From NCBI GenBank assembly GCA_965237675.1, contig OZ250150.1, forward strand, positions 3,488,001 to 3,552,000: 64,000 nt of DNA, in the 5' to 3' direction. Positions 9,418-20,717 of the stretch are shown here, in pieces. Below the pieces are notes generated by a model that saw only the letters and a list, made by a program, of their open reading frames with translations, ran no database searches and was not told where the DNA came from. The first letter of the stretch is position 1; each line of letters starts with the position of its first letter. Both the position numbers and the translations under genes were made by a program. This DNA comes from Candidatus Latescibacterota bacterium. Lineage in GTDB: Bacteria; Latescibacterota; UBA2968; GCA-2709665.

Positions 9418-12149
9418 TCAATAGCTAAATGTCCGGTGCTCACACTGCTCACGATTTTCCAGGTTTCGGCGGGAATGGCATCATATCCGAGACCGCCGGC
9501 TTTCGTGTAGATCCTCGCGGACTTTTGGTCGGATTCAATGTGGACAATGGGGAATCCCGTGTCATAGGGTCCGCCCCGGACCAGTAACGTGTTGCCGATC
9601 AGATTCCTGTCTGGGAGCGGCCGGTCGATCCGGTAGAGGCTGTGTGCGTTATCGGTGATGACGTCCACAATTGCACCACCGAGAACCGGATGGTCCAGTT
9701 CGAGCACGTGGACGTTGAGGTTGGCCCGTGTACCGCCAAGAAGATAGGCAAACGCCAGGTCCCCGTTCGCCGCCAGTGAGAATACGGAAACACGGCCGTT
9801 TGTTTCAAGGGTTCCCTCCGGAGTTTCAAAAACAGCGGGTTGGCCGTCCGGACAGACGGCCACGAGATCCGTGCCCGATTCGCGGGTGACGAGGACACCC
9901 ACGGCGTCTCCGGCTCGGGGTACCAGGTTTTCCACCGCCCGAACGAATGGAAAGGAGCGGGGGCTGACGTCGAAGAGGCTTAAGAAGACGCTGTGGGCGG
10001 GTAACCCGGTGCGGCGGCGGATCACGTATGGGACGGTTTCGCCCGTTTGGATGTTGTCGCGGGAGCCTGTGCCCCGTTCGCCCCAGCCGTTTCCGATGAG
10101 CACCTGCTCGTCGCCGCAGGGCAGCGCATATGCGGTGAACCGCTGCTGGTCCATGTCGAAGTGGATGGACCAGGGAGTGTCGCCCTGACCGGTGGCCAGG
10201 TTCTCTAAATCGTGCCATTCGGTGTCGGTCGGCTGAAGGTCCAGGTTCCGGGTTCCGCCGCCGGCGACCGGGCCGTGGAACAGATAATCGTGAACGCGGC
10301 CACCGTTCACCCGAAAACAGTCGATCAGATAGCTGCCACCGCTGCCATGGTCGATAGTGGCGCACAGGCGATGATAGGTGTCGATATCGTAGGCCCGGGA
10401 AGAAACCCCTGCGACCTTCACGCGTCGGGTGCTGTCGAACAGGTGGAGGCTGCCGCCGCGGCCGTCGCGTTTCTGGTCTTGCCCGTCGACGATCACGGTG
10501 TTGTGCGCAATGGTTCGTACGGTATTGTGTTTGTCCGGCCGGTCCCAGAGGTACCCGAGGTCGGTAAGGGCTTGCTGTCCGTCTTTCCAGTAGACCAGGT
10601 TCAGGCTGTCTTCGTGGTGATGCCCGCCCCAGTCCGAGGCGCTCAGAAGCGCGGTACTCGCCCGTCCGTGTTCGCCTGTCCGCAGCAGGCCGATGCGCAG
10701 GGCCGGAAAGAACTGGTCGGTCAGGATCAGGGGAGCCAGCGGGTCGGCTCTCAAATCCGGGGCACGGTGAAAAAGGGCGTACTCCCCGCCGTAGTTTTCC
10801 AGATCGTATTCGCACAGTTCGGCAAGCAGGGCGATGTGGTTTGTGTCGCCGTAGCGGCTGGCGATTGTATCCGCAATGTCCACGGACATCCTGCATCCGG
10901 TTGCGTCATCAGCGATTACGCCATAACCCAGATCGGGCATCGGACTCTTGACATATCCCTCCAGTACCGAACGGTAACGACTGTCACCGTAAATGTCCAC
11001 GTTCTGCAGGCGGCATTCCGGCGAGTCGGATCCGTCCGAATCGGAATACCCGTGCACTGCGTCGGCGAAGTGGCGAATGCCGTTGAGCGTCATGAATCCA
11101 TATCCGGGCGATTCGGAACTCATGCCATCGTCCAGAAACCAGTTGTAGACGAAATGATTGAACCCGTCGAGGCCGTAACGGACCAGATCCGTATCGGCAA
11201 GACAAAGGCCGACCAGACCCGCGGCAGAGCGGTTGGTTGCGCTCTTATTGTTGAAATCCGGATCCGCGAGGAGAAGGACAGTGCTTTCCCGAAGGAGATC
11301 CCGTTCAATCCTGAGGCGGCATCCGGGTGTATAAACTGGACGGCCATCTGCTTCTGCTCCGCACGTGAGGTCGTAAGCGACGGTGACATCGGTAACAAAG
11401 GTGCCTTCCATTCCGACCCCCGTGGCGCGGCCAGCCATCCAGTAACCCACGTGTAGTCTGCCGTCCGGCCTGTTTGGCGGGACCACAAGTTCCGGTTTGG
11501 GCAGGTCAAGGATGTTTCTCGCGGCGACGTCAGCAGGCGCGTCGGAGAATTCACCATACCCGGAGTGAACCATGTAACCGGGATAGACGTCGGCGAATCG
11601 CAGGAGGATGTCCCGGGCTTTTTCGGCGTGGCCGATCTCTTGCGTCAGGGCATAGGCCATGGCACACTGACGTGCGATGCGCGCCATATGTTCGCATTTG
11701 CGGGCGCGGATATTGGCGGTCCAGGAGGAGACAAATGGAAATCCGATGAGGTCCCAGTGTTTTCCTGTATAGTACGTGATTTCCTGCCCGCCTCCGAAGT
11801 CGGTCTTGAACACGACGTCTTCGGGATAGTCGGAATGGGGATAGACGGTCTTGCAGGTCGTACAGACCAGTTGATCGGGACTCTCCGGCACCCATTCATA
11901 GTTTCCGTGCACAGGGGCCGCCTCGCAGGCGGGGCACATGGTAAAGAGGTGGCTGCCCGGTGTTTCCGGAGGAATCCAGTTTATGAGGTCGTCGACAGTT
12001 GTGTTGCTCATCGGAGCGACTGAGGACAGGAGATCCTCCAGAAACTGTCGTGCCCAGGCGTGACGTTCGATGTTCGCACGAGCGACTTCGATATCCCCTG
12101 CCTTAAACAGCGTGGCAGGGCGCCGGGTTGTATTTGCACTGTTCTTCAT
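9414..12149 (-). CDS. Heparinase II/III-family (oligo)saccharide lyase-like protein with N-terminal Cys4 motif
   Basis: GMSSESPGYG, GHHHEDSLNL...DLGY...TIAHNTVIVDGQDQ pattern; CPAC...CTTC; no obvious signal peptide. Confidence 0.75.
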   Translation of the reverse strand: MKNSANTTRRPATLFKAGDIEVARANIERHAWARQFLEDLLSSVAPMSNTTVDDLINWIPPETPGSHLFTMCPACEAAPVHGNYEWVPESPDQLVCTTCKTVYPHSDYPEDVVFKTDFGGGQEITYYTGKHWDLIGFPFVSSWTANIRARKCEHMARIARQCAMAYALTQEIGHAEKARDILLRFADVYPGYMVHSGYGEFSDAPADVAARNILDLPKPELVVPPNRPDGRLHVGYWMAGRATGVGMEGTFVTDVTVAYDLTCGAEADGRPVYTPGCRLRIERDLLRESTVLLLADPDFNNKSATNRSAAGLVGLCLADTDLVRYGLDGFNHFVYNWFLDDGMSSESPGYGFMTLNGIRHFADAVHGYSDSDGSDSPECRLQNVDIYGDSRYRSVLEGYVKSPMPDLGYGVIADDATGCRMSVDIADTIASRYGDTNHIALLAELCEYDLENYGGEYALFHRAPDLRADPLAPLILTDQFFPALRIGLLRTGEHGRASTALLSASDWGGHHHEDSLNLVYWKDGQQALTDLGYLWDRPDKHNTVRTIAHNTVIVDGQDQKRDGRGGSLHLFDSTRRVKVAGVSSRAYDIDTYHRLCATIDHGSGGSYLIDCFRVNGGRVHDYLFHGPVAGGGTRNLDLQPTDTEWHDLENLATGQGDTPWSIHFDMDQQRFTAYALPCGDEQVLIGNGWGERGTGSRDNIQTGETVPYVIRRRTGLPAHSVFLSLFDVSPRSFPFVRAVENLVPRAGDAVGVLVTRESGTDLVAVCPDGQPAVFETPEGTLETNGRVSVFSLAANGDLAFAYLLGGTRANLNVHVLELDHPVLGGAIVDVITDNAHSLYRIDRPLPDRNLIGNTLLVRGGPYDTGFPIVHIESDQKSARIYTKAGGLGYDAIPAETWKIVSSVSTGHLAID

Positions 12150-12338
12150 AAGGTTCTCGTTTGTTGGTTGAGGTCAATATTGTACGGTTGCCGGTGGCGA
12201 TTCCCGCGATGCCGGCATGCAGGGACCGGCGGGGTTCGGATGCGTCTATTCGATGTCGATGTCTCGTGGACGCGCTATTCCCCATGCTGCCTCCGCCGCA
12301 TTCGTCACGCGGATGACAACACCGCATCCCGCAGGATA

Positions 12339-13085
12339 TCATCCCCCTGCCCGGTGCAGAAAATCGGCGGCTCCCGCAGCGATCCACGGACCGATGTTGG
12401 TCAGCAGAAAGCGTGCGCCAAGGCCCGTGTATTTTTCTACATTACTGTTAACGGTCAGGGTGCCCGGCGTGCGTCCCGCGTCCCTGATCCGGTTGAGGGT
12501 TTCATCGACGGTGCGTTGTACGTCCGGGTGATCGTTGTTTCCGATATGGCCCATCGAGGCGGCCATGTCCGACGGAGCGACAAAGAAGACGTCGATTTCA
12601 TCCACGGCAAGGATGGTTTCCAGGTTCTGTACCGCGATTATGTCCTCGATGAGGACAATGAAGAGAGTCTCGTTGTTTGCGGCATGCAGGTAGTCGGGTA
12701 CGTCATATCCATGGCGGCTGGTGAAAAGGCCGCGTTTGCCCACCGGCGCGAATTTGCCGCCGTCAACGACGTTTCGCGCCTCCGCTTCCGTGTTGACATG
12801 GGGAACAACGATGCCCTGCGCGCCCCGGTCCAGCGTGCGGTATATGAGGGCCTGATCGTTGCGGTTGACCCTGACGATTGAGGTCATACCCCAGATATCG
12901 CAAGCCCTCGAGAGGTTGCCCAGGTCGGCCGCGTTGACCGGCCCGTGTTCGCCCTCGAGCCAGACACCGTCGAAGCCGGTAGGGCCAAAGGCATCGATGT
13001 CGTCGGGATGGGTCAGGCCGGCGATGACGCAGGCGATTCCGCCGTCAGCCAGTTTTCGTTTGACACGGTTTGGTCGGATCGTCAC
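12339..13085 (-). CDS. HpcH/HpaI aldolase family protein
   Basis: DGVWLEGEHG, LDRGAQGIVVPHV, LIEDIIAV, FVAPSDM; GTG start after AAAGGAG RBS. Confidence 0.9.
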   Translation of the reverse strand: MTIRPNRVKRKLADGGIACVIAGLTHPDDIDAFGPTGFDGVWLEGEHGPVNAADLGNLSRACDIWGMTSIVRVNRNDQALIYRTLDRGAQGIVVPHVNTEAEARNVVDGGKFAPVGKRGLFTSRHGYDVPDYLHAANNETLFIVLIEDIIAVQNLETILAVDEIDVFFVAPSDMAASMGHIGNNDHPDVQRTVDETLNRIRDAGRTPGTLTVNSNVEKYTGLGARFLLTNIGPWIAAGAADFLHRAGG

Positions 13086-13139
13086 GGGCGATTCTCCTTT
13101 TTGAATGGATCGACGAGTCATCAGAAGCTGACGACCCGT

Positions 13140-13925
13140 TCATGTTGAATGCGGGTTGCCGTACAGATCGATGCTGACGGGAGCATGGTCGGAAACGGTG
13201 AGACCGGCCTGGCGGTGTACGGCGGCGGAACGGAAATGTCTGGCGACAGTGGCGTTGCCGAGCAGGTAGTCGATTCGCCAGCCCCGGTCGAGTTCGCGGG
13301 CCCGCCCGCGATTGGACCACCAGGAATACGGACCCTGCGCATCTCCAAAATGCTGCCGGACAAAGTCGTTCCAGCCGGAAGCCAGGAGGTCGGTTATCCA
13401 CTGCCTCTCGTGCGGGAGGAATCCCGAGTTTTTTTGGTTCCCTTTGGCATAGAAGATGTCCTTTTCCGTGTGAGCAATGTTGAAGTCTCCACCGAGAATC
13501 ACGGGCTCGTCCCGAAGCGTGAAGTGCTTTGACCAGGGAAGAAACCGAGCCATCCAGAGATCTTCCTTGATCTTCTGGCGATCTTGGCTGGATGAGCCCG
13601 AAGGCAGGTAGACGTTTACGATGCGGACGCCCTTTACCCGCGCCTGGAGGATCCGCCCTTCCGGATCGGTCTCGTGAATGCCAGTGCCGAGGACTTCAAG
13701 CCGATGCCGGGACCAGATCGCAACTCCGGAATACCCTTTTCGTTCGGCGGGGTGCCAGTGGACATGCCAGCCGCGGGGATTGATCCACTCGTCGGGAAGT
13801 TGCTCGGGGAGCGCGCGGATTTCCTGGAGGAGAAGGACGTCCGGCGCGATCCGGTCGAGGTGTCGGGCAAAGCCCTTTCTGAGTGCGGCGCGCAGGCCGT
13901 TCACGTTCCAGGTGGTAATTCGCAT
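13140..13925 (-). CDS. xth: Exodeoxyribonuclease III (AP endonuclease)
   Basis: MRITTWNVNGLRA, LLLQE, GYSGVA, GDFNIAH, WRIDY, SDHAP; start set at ATG 13925. Confidence 0.95.
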   Translation of the reverse strand: MRITTWNVNGLRAALRKGFARHLDRIAPDVLLLQEIRALPEQLPDEWINPRGWHVHWHPAERKGYSGVAIWSRHRLEVLGTGIHETDPEGRILQARVKGVRIVNVYLPSGSSSQDRQKIKEDLWMARFLPWSKHFTLRDEPVILGGDFNIAHTEKDIFYAKGNQKNSGFLPHERQWITDLLASGWNDFVRQHFGDAQGPYSWWSNRGRARELDRGWRIDYLLGNATVARHFRSAAVHRQAGLTVSDHAPVSIDLYGNPHST

Positions 13926-13977
13926 GTACCAAACGCGGGGTGAGAATGTCGCCGGTTTGACAACGGCAGGTGTGGAT

Positions 13978-15849
13978 TTACACGAGGGCCGTTGCGACAC
14001 TGAGGGTTTGTGTGTTACGTGAGACGGTGATGCGGCCGTTTTCGGATCGGAACGCAACGTCCGCCGTGTCGCAGTCGATGCCAAAAGCAACTGCGAACCT
14101 GGCCCGGCCAGGTTGCAGGACGGTTTCGACTTTGAGGTATTCGACTTCCAGACTCTCGGCGTCGGCGTGCCCGGGCTTGAGGTCCTGGTGTTTTCCCTTG
14201 ACGAATGCGGTGTTTCCTGGGGTCAGCAGGCGGGTGTTCACAACTGTGTGTCCGGCCATGATTGTAGCCGAAGCGCCGGTCACCTCGGCCGCGCCCGCAA
14301 AGTGAATGCGGGACTCCATTCCGGTCGGGTCTGCGACTTCAATCTCGTCAATGACGACAAACAGATCCGGTCGCAGGTAGAGGAAATGACGGTCGAAGAC
14401 CGTGAGTTTGTCGATACCGTAAGCCGAGGCGATGGAAGCCCGGAGGTAATCGTGCGTGCCGGTGAGTTCGAACGTTTCCACGGTACCCACGAGGCGCCGT
14501 TCGCCGGGCTGACCGTGTCCGTCGAAGAGCGGAAGGTTGTGACCGTGGGTCGATTTGAAGATCCATTCGCCGGGGTCCCCGTAGCGTCCGATGCCGAGTT
14601 CACGGACGACGGTTCTGCGGCCGGCGTGGATAATATAGTTTCCTACGTCCGCGTGGCCGTGCGGTTCGACCGTGGCGCCGATTTTCAGCGCCATGATCGG
14701 TGCGTCGGGATCGCGCCAAGATCCGCGCATGACGCACCAGCCGGCGTCGGGAAAGTAGGCCGACGGGTGGGGCGGGGACGGCAACTCGGGAACGGTATTG
14801 GACGCATCCCAGAAAAGCTCCGCCAATTTCAGGGAAGGCCGCTGGTCCGTGGTGAGTCGATCGAAGTAGGCTGCGGCGCTGTGGCCGAATTCTTGCGAGA
14901 ACTTGCGGAAGGCCATACCTCCCGGGAAGTGTTTGCCGCAGTCGGCGAAGTTGACCACGCGGTCGGGCGGGAGAAAGCAGTTGATGGGAAAGTCGACCGT
15001 ATTCTTGAGTTTGGGATGATCGTAGAGGTTAATCTGTCCACCTGTGAGCCGCCTCAGTGCATCGGAAAAGGGGAAGGAAGTACTGATGCCGTAGTTCCAA
15101 TACCCCGGGCCCTCCTTCCACGAACCGTCGTTTTCGATGGCATCGTAGAATCTTGTAACACGTTCAACGCATTCCCGAATGACGCCGAGCATGGCTTCGC
15201 GAGCCCGAATACCCATCCGAAGATGGATATGTTTTGCATCGAGCATGCCAAGCGCACAGAGTCCCATGTTGGAGACGCAGACAGAACACCAGTTGCTGTC
15301 GTACCTCGTCGCCCAGAAGTGATGCTGCATGCCGTCGATGCAATGGGCCAGACCACGTGCAAAGATCATGTATTCGAGTTCGCGGCGCTGGTTTTCGGAA
15401 AGGGTGTCGTAAAGCAGGTCGTAAGCAGCGGCAAAACAGGTACAGGTATGGCTTCCGTCCAGATCCAGAAGCATGAATTCGTGGACCGGGTGAACCCAAG
15501 AGGGCCAACTCATCATTGAAGCAAGGCCCTCCCAGGCTTTTTCGAAGTAGGCTTGATTCCGGTCGATCGCATAGGCCAGCACATAGTCTTCGAGTAGGGT
15601 CCGGGCTTCGCCGGAAAGGCGGCTGTACGTTTCCCAGATGCCGTTCCGGTAGCTTTCCTCTCTGGGTGGCGGCATCGGGAACGGTTGATCGAGGCGGAGG
15701 TTGAGTTGGTCGCGCTTCTGCCTGTAGATTTCAGCATGGGTGCCGTCAAGGCAGAGTCCTCGCAGACGGTCAAGATCGGACCTGGAGAAGAAGAGGTAGG
15801 GATGTTCCAGCGTTTCGGGAATGAGACGGTCGACGTCGGGGACGGACAT
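13978..15849 (-). CDS. Heparinase II/III-family / oligoalginate lyase-like protein
   Basis: HPYLFF N-terminus, SNWCSV, DGSWKEGPGYWNYG, NFADCG, HGHADVG, STHGHNLP. Confidence 0.8.
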   Translation of the reverse strand: MSVPDVDRLIPETLEHPYLFFSRSDLDRLRGLCLDGTHAEIYRQKRDQLNLRLDQPFPMPPPREESYRNGIWETYSRLSGEARTLLEDYVLAYAIDRNQAYFEKAWEGLASMMSWPSWVHPVHEFMLLDLDGSHTCTCFAAAYDLLYDTLSENQRRELEYMIFARGLAHCIDGMQHHFWATRYDSNWCSVCVSNMGLCALGMLDAKHIHLRMGIRAREAMLGVIRECVERVTRFYDAIENDGSWKEGPGYWNYGISTSFPFSDALRRLTGGQINLYDHPKLKNTVDFPINCFLPPDRVVNFADCGKHFPGGMAFRKFSQEFGHSAAAYFDRLTTDQRPSLKLAELFWDASNTVPELPSPPHPSAYFPDAGWCVMRGSWRDPDAPIMALKIGATVEPHGHADVGNYIIHAGRRTVVRELGIGRYGDPGEWIFKSTHGHNLPLFDGHGQPGERRLVGTVETFELTGTHDYLRASIASAYGIDKLTVFDRHFLYLRPDLFVVIDEIEVADPTGMESRIHFAGAAEVTGASATIMAGHTVVNTRLLTPGNTAFVKGKHQDLKPGHADAESLEVEYLKVETVLQPGRARFAVAFGIDCDTADVAFRSENGRITVSRNTQTLSVATALV

Positions 15850-15938
15850 GGAATCTCCTTAAGACCGAAGACAGATTAAAGGCGCGGACCGCCGCCTCTG
15901 TCGGATCCGGATATCCGGTTTTGTGCGGTACGTGCGTT

Positions 15939-15967
15939 AATATAGCGATCGGGCATTTGAGGGTCAA
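15939..15967 (-). promoter_or_regulatory. Putative sigma70 promoter
   Basis: TTGACC-17-TATATT about 90 nt upstream of the heparinase-like gene. Confidence 0.55.
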
Positions 15968-15995
15968 GGAGATGTGTTCGAGGGATGAAAGTCCG

Positions 15996-16871
15996 CTACG
16001 CATTCTTTTTAGCCAGCAGAATGCGTTCGGTACCCGTGAGATCGGGGAGGGTCCGCACGTGAATGAGCCCGGACGACCTTACCATCAGATTCGCCACGTC
16101 CGTGGCAGTGTCGTCGGCCACCTCCAGGGCCAGCCAACCGCCCGGATTGAGGTGCGCCGGAGCACGGGCGATGATTGAGCGATGGAATGCGAGCCCGTCC
16201 GGCCCGCCATTGAGGGCGAGCGGGGGATCGAAGTCGCGGACTTCGGGTTGCAGGCCCGACATGTCGCCGGAGGCGACGTAGGGTGGGTTCGAGACGACCG
16301 CATCGAATGCGGCTCGAAATCGAAATGCGGCAAAGAGGTCAGCGCAAAGGAAGGCGATCCGCTGGTGAACGTCGTTGCGTCGGGCATTCCTGACCGCCAG
16401 GCGCAGGGCTTTCGGGGAAACGTCGGTGGCGATCAGGCGGCTCGTCGGAAGCGCGTGCGCAAGCGTGACGGCGATGGGACCGGCCCCGGTGCCAATATCC
16501 AGAACCCGCGGCCCGGCGTGGGTATACAGGCGGTCAATCAGCGTTTCAACCAGAATTTCGGTTTCGGATCGGGGGATGAGCGCGTCGGGGCCGACGTGGA
16601 ACGGCAGGGAGAAAAATTCGGTTTCCCCAAGCAGGTGTTGAAGCGGCACACGGCCGCGACGCTGTTGAACCAGGGCCTGGAGACGTTCATACTGCGTCGG
16701 TGTGAGCGGGCGCCGGGCGTTAGCGTATATGCCGGAGCGGCTTGTATTCAGAACCGACGCCAGCAGCCACTCAGTGTCAACGCGTGGATTCGGTACGCCG
16801 GCTTTCGCCAAACTGCGGGTCGTTTTGGCAAGGGCATCGGAGGTGGTGGGGGGAGTCGAGAGTTCGGTCAT
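15996..16871 (-). CDS. prmC: Release factor glutamine methyltransferase
   Basis: PLQHLLG, LIPRSETE, LDIGTGAG, SNPPY; directly downstream of prfA. Confidence 0.95.
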   Translation of the reverse strand: MTELSTPPTTSDALAKTTRSLAKAGVPNPRVDTEWLLASVLNTSRSGIYANARRPLTPTQYERLQALVQQRRGRVPLQHLLGETEFFSLPFHVGPDALIPRSETEILVETLIDRLYTHAGPRVLDIGTGAGPIAVTLAHALPTSRLIATDVSPKALRLAVRNARRNDVHQRIAFLCADLFAAFRFRAAFDAVVSNPPYVASGDMSGLQPEVRDFDPPLALNGGPDGLAFHRSIIARAPAHLNPGGWLALEVADDTATDVANLMVRSSGLIHVRTLPDLTGTERILLAKKNA

Positions 16872-16906
16872 AGTCTGCCCGGCGAAGCCCCGAGACCAGG
16901 TTGGCG

Positions 16907-17995
16907 TCAGACAGAAATGGCGGTGTTTTGTTCGCTGTCTTTGATTTTCTCGGTATGGTCGGCCAGTCGCAGGGCGTTAATGAGGTCGTCCAGGTCGCCC
17001 TCGAGTGTCTCTTCGAGTCGGTGGACAGTGAGTTTGATCCGGTGGTCCGTGACCCGTCCCTGGGGGAAATTGTAAGTGCGAATTTTCGCGCTGCGGTCCC
17101 CTGTGCCCACCTGCGCCCTCCGATGCCGCGAGGTTGTCTCGCGTTGAGCCTGGACGGCGCGATCCAGAAGCCGGGCACGGAGGACCTTCATGGCTTTGGC
17201 TTTGTTCTTGTGTTGGGACTTCTCGTCCTGGCATTGTACGATAAGGCCGGTGGGCAAGTGGGTGATCCGTACGGCCGAATCCGTGGTATTCACGCTCTGG
17301 CCTCCCGGACCTGAGGAACGGTAGACGTCAACCCGAATTGCATCGGGTTTGATTTCGATGTCGACCTCTTTCGCTTCGGGCAAGACGGCAACCGTGGAAG
17401 TGGATGTGTGGATGCGTCCGCTGGATTCGGTCTCCGGAATACGCTGAACGCGGTGCACCCCGCTTTCGTACTTCAGGTTGCCGTAGACATCGCTTCCGCC
17501 AACTGAGAAGATGACTTCCTTGAACCCACCGATTCCGGTGGGTTTGGCGCTGAGCAGTTCGGCCTGCCACCCTTTGGATTCGGAATAACGAGTATACATT
17601 CTATATAAATCGGCAGCGAACAGCGCCGCCTCTTCGCCGCCGGCGCCAGCGCGAATTTCCACGACTGTGTTTTTGCTGTCGTTGGGATCCTTGGGGATCA
17701 GCAGGTATTGGAGTTTCTCGGCAAGACGGGCCTCCTTCTGCTGAAGCTCCGCCTGCTCCTCGCGGGCAATCTCGACAAGTTCCGCGTCATTCGAGTCCCG
17801 TATTATTTCTCCGGCTTCCTCTAGGCCCTTTACGATGTTTCGAAATTCACGGTACGTGTTGACGACTTCTTCCAACCCGCGAAATTCCATCGTGAGTTTC
17901 CTGTATCTGTCGGGGTTGGCCGCGACGCCGCGACGCGCCATTTCCATACTGATCTCATTGAAACGCTTTTCCACGTTTTCCAGTTGATCGAACAT
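16907..17995 (-). CDS. prfA: Peptide chain release factor 1
   Basis: GGQ motif (GPGGQSVN), PET anticodon-like tripeptide (RIPETE), EIRAGAGG. Confidence 0.97.
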   Translation of the reverse strand: MFDQLENVEKRFNEISMEMARRGVAANPDRYRKLTMEFRGLEEVVNTYREFRNIVKGLEEAGEIIRDSNDAELVEIAREEQAELQQKEARLAEKLQYLLIPKDPNDSKNTVVEIRAGAGGEEAALFAADLYRMYTRYSESKGWQAELLSAKPTGIGGFKEVIFSVGGSDVYGNLKYESGVHRVQRIPETESSGRIHTSTSTVAVLPEAKEVDIEIKPDAIRVDVYRSSGPGGQSVNTTDSAVRITHLPTGLIVQCQDEKSQHKNKAKAMKVLRARLLDRAVQAQRETTSRHRRAQVGTGDRSAKIRTYNFPQGRVTDHRIKLTVHRLEETLEGDLDDLINALRLADHTEKIKDSEQNTAISV

Positions 17996-18251
17996 TCAAC
18001 TCCCTCAGGCTTGTGTTTGTGGAGGTTGAACCTTCCAAAACGCCGACAAGCCGAAATGATGAAACAGGAATATCACCTCGCAGGCTGCGACTATGCCTCA
18101 ACGGACTGTCCGGAAAGCGGGATACCTTCAACGCCCGGCCGTCGTCTTCCAGCCGGTACCCTCGGGCTGGCAACAAAAAAGGCGAAGCGGTACGCACGAC
18201 CACCGGTAGGCGGACGGTGCCGTTTCACCTTATCTATGACAATCAGGATGG

Positions 18252-18509
18252 CTAACCTTCGGCGGCTTTCGTCACTACGGCCGGTGAAGGCACATCGCCG
18301 ACTTCATCTTCGGTTATTTTGTAACGCCGCCGGTAACGTTCCACCATTCCTGCGGTATCCACCAATCGCTGCTTGCCCGTGTAAAATGGATGACAGTTGG
18401 AACAGATATCCACCCGCAGGCCCGGCACCGTCGCGTGCGTGGTCAGGGTGTTCCCGCAGGCGCACGTAATGGTGGTTTCCACGTACTCGGGATGAATTTT
18501 CGTTTTCAC
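18252..18509 (-). CDS. rpmE: 50S ribosomal protein L31 (zinc-binding type A)
   Basis: GTG start; [25 protein letters not shown]; located between rho and prfA. Confidence 0.95.
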   Translation of the reverse strand: MKTKIHPEYVETTITCACGNTLTTHATVPGLRVDICSNCHPFYTGKQRLVDTAGMVERYRRRYKITEDEVGDVPSPAVVTKAAEG

Positions 18510-18568
18510 CTGGTATGGGTCCTCAAATCCGGAAGCATCGACGATTACGTTCTTGCAAACGGTAATGG

Positions 18569-18597
18569 AATATATACAATACAGAATTCTGATGCAA
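18569..18597 (-). promoter_or_regulatory. Putative sigma70 promoter of rpmE
   Basis: TTGCAT-17-TATATT. Confidence 0.55.
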
Positions 18598-18690
18598 GGA
18601 CATAAAGGCCAGTCTCCGGAAAGAGTATCTGAAACCGCCACCGTCCGTACTTTCGTTTTGGCGGATCCTGAGTGTCCTGCCCCGCCCTCC

Positions 18691-20010
18691 TTACAACTGC
18701 CTATTCATCGAATCGAGGAAGGCCTCGTTGTTTCTGGTGCCCGCCATCTTCTCTTTGAGGAACTCCATGGCATCCAGAGCCGGCATCTGGTTGAGCAACC
18801 GCCGCAGGATCCATACCCGGTTGAGCTCCTTTTCATCGAGCAGCAGTTCCTCTTTTCGAGTTCCGGACAGGGTCACGTCGATCGCGGGATAGATACGCCG
18901 GTTGCTCAACCGCCGATCCAGTTTAAGTTCCATGTTGCCGGTACCCTTGAATTCTTCGAAAATGACCTCGTCCATCCGGCTTCCGGTTTCGACAAGGGCC
19001 GTGGACAGGATGGTCAGACTGCCGCCCTCTTCAATATTCCGCGCGGCGCCGAAAAATCGTTTGGGCCATTGGATGGCGCTGGAATCCAGACCGCCGGTGA
19101 GGATGCGGCCGCTGTGGGGAATCACGTTGTTATATGCCCGCGCAAGCCGCGTAATGCTGTCAAGCAGGATGACGACATCCTGTTGGTGTTCCACCAGGCG
19201 CTTGGCTTTCTCAATGACCATATCCGCCACCTGTACATGCCGCGTCGGAGGTTCGTCGAATGTTGAACTGATGACTTCGCCATTGACGGACCTCTGCATT
19301 TCGGTGACTTCCTCGGGACGTTCATCTATCAGGAGTACGATGAGATTGACTTCGGGGTGGTTCTCGGTGATTGCGTTGGCTATTTTCTGTAGCAACATGG
19401 TCTTGCCGGTAAAGGGAGGGGCTACAATCATGCCGCGCTGACCCATGCCGATAGGGGTGAGCAGGTTCATGATTCGCGTCGAGAAGTCGTTCGCATCGTA
19501 TTCCAGTTTCATGCGTTGCCGGGGATGCAGCGGAGTGAGGTTGTCGAAAAGGGTTTTCTGTTTGGCCTGTTCCGGATCTTCGAAGTTCACCGCTTCAACC
19601 CGAATGAGCGCGAAATATTTCTCGTCGTTCTTGGGCGGGCGAATCTGTCCGGAAATGGTATCACCCTTGCGAAGATTGAACCGTTTGATCTGCGAATGCG
19701 AGACGTAGATATCGTCGGGGCCAGGGAGATAATTGTAATTCGGTGACCGAAGGAAGCCAAAGCCGTCTTCCAGAATTTCCAGAACGCCTTTCGCAAGAAT
19801 CAGCCCGTTCTTCGCGGTCTGTGCCTGAATGATGGAGAAAATCAACTCCTGTTTTCTGAGGCTACCAAAACCCTGGATCTCAAGGCCCTGGGCTAACCTT
19901 GCGAGTTCCGAAATGGTCATGTTCTGGAGTTCCAGAATATCCACATTACTTGCCCGTACAGGCGTCCTGGGAATTTCTCTGGTCGTTTCGGTTGCCATTG
20001 GTGGATCCAA
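18691..20010 (-). CDS. rho: Transcription termination factor Rho
   Basis: [41 protein letters not shown]. Confidence 0.98.
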   Translation of the reverse strand: MDPPMATETTREIPRTPVRASNVDILELQNMTISELARLAQGLEIQGFGSLRKQELIFSIIQAQTAKNGLILAKGVLEILEDGFGFLRSPNYNYLPGPDDIYVSHSQIKRFNLRKGDTISGQIRPPKNDEKYFALIRVEAVNFEDPEQAKQKTLFDNLTPLHPRQRMKLEYDANDFSTRIMNLLTPIGMGQRGMIVAPPFTGKTMLLQKIANAITENHPEVNLIVLLIDERPEEVTEMQRSVNGEVISSTFDEPPTRHVQVADMVIEKAKRLVEHQQDVVILLDSITRLARAYNNVIPHSGRILTGGLDSSAIQWPKRFFGAARNIEEGGSLTILSTALVETGSRMDEVIFEEFKGTGNMELKLDRRLSNRRIYPAIDVTLSGTRKEELLLDEKELNRVWILRRLLNQMPALDAMEFLKEKMAGTRNNEAFLDSMNRQL

Positions 20011-20239
20011 TTTGTTGGAGTTGTGGAATGTTTGATATGCGTGGCTAATCTCTCGGGTATTCCGGTCGAAACTTAGGGAGCCGGAGGGTACGGCGGAATA
20101 GGAAACTGATGGATTGCCAAATGTTTGACAAAAGGAGGCGAACCGAGGAAGTTTGTGTATCTGTAGGATGCCTAAAGCGAGGGACCGTCTGCATGTGTGC
20201 GGTGCAATAGTGGGAAGGAAGCAGGAAAATTACACGAAA

Positions 20240-20268
20240 AAAATAATCCAAGACGTGTGTGTTGTCAA
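20240..20268 (-). promoter_or_regulatory. Putative sigma70 promoter of rho, giving a ~220-nt leader
   Basis: TTGACA-17-TATTTT in an AT-rich context. Confidence 0.5.
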
Positions 20269-20717
20269 GTTTTTTCTTTATTTTTTCGGAAGATAGAGAA
20301 ATTGTTACCCGATTGTAACATGGGATCGATCCCGATTTCAAGCACTTTGGAAGAATCTGAAATAGCAGGTCGCCCCGGTGCCACGCATGGACGTGCACTC
20401 GTGGACATATGAACTGCCCTGTTGTCCGTGCCGTACCGCGGGTGGGTTTTCCGGAGATAAACTACGGTCAGGTTCCGGATGAGGTTCAGACGCCCTATCG
20501 ACGATTCGCTTGTCTCATGTGATCCGATCGGAGTCTCAAGAGGTTCTTGTAGAGTAAGTTGTACGTTGAAGTTGTGGGATCGGGGATGAGGGTGTCCTTT
20601 GGGCAGTGCCCTGATGAGAACAAGGTCCGTCGTGGATTTCGGGCGGTTAATCGGGCTTGCCTTTTGAGGATGGGTTGCATAGGTTGGATGGGACAGCAGG
20701 TGACCAGGAGAGCCATC

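Noticed and set aside
10212-11456. Long antisense ORFs (also 14113-15519, 33210-34451, 36967-38364, 40562-41653, 61524-62630)
   Set aside because: Shadows of well-supported genes on the opposite strand in GC-rich DNA, with no motifs of their own
12230-12338. Short minus-strand reading ending ...AWGIARPRDIDIE* as a gene remnant
   Set aside because: About 30 codons with no start and no recognisable family; insufficient support
20011-20717. ORFs or ncRNA in the rho-kinase divergent gap, and the 53-codon N-terminal extension of the kinase
   Set aside because: Explained by divergent promoters and the rho leader; the AGGAG RBS supports the kinase start at 20718
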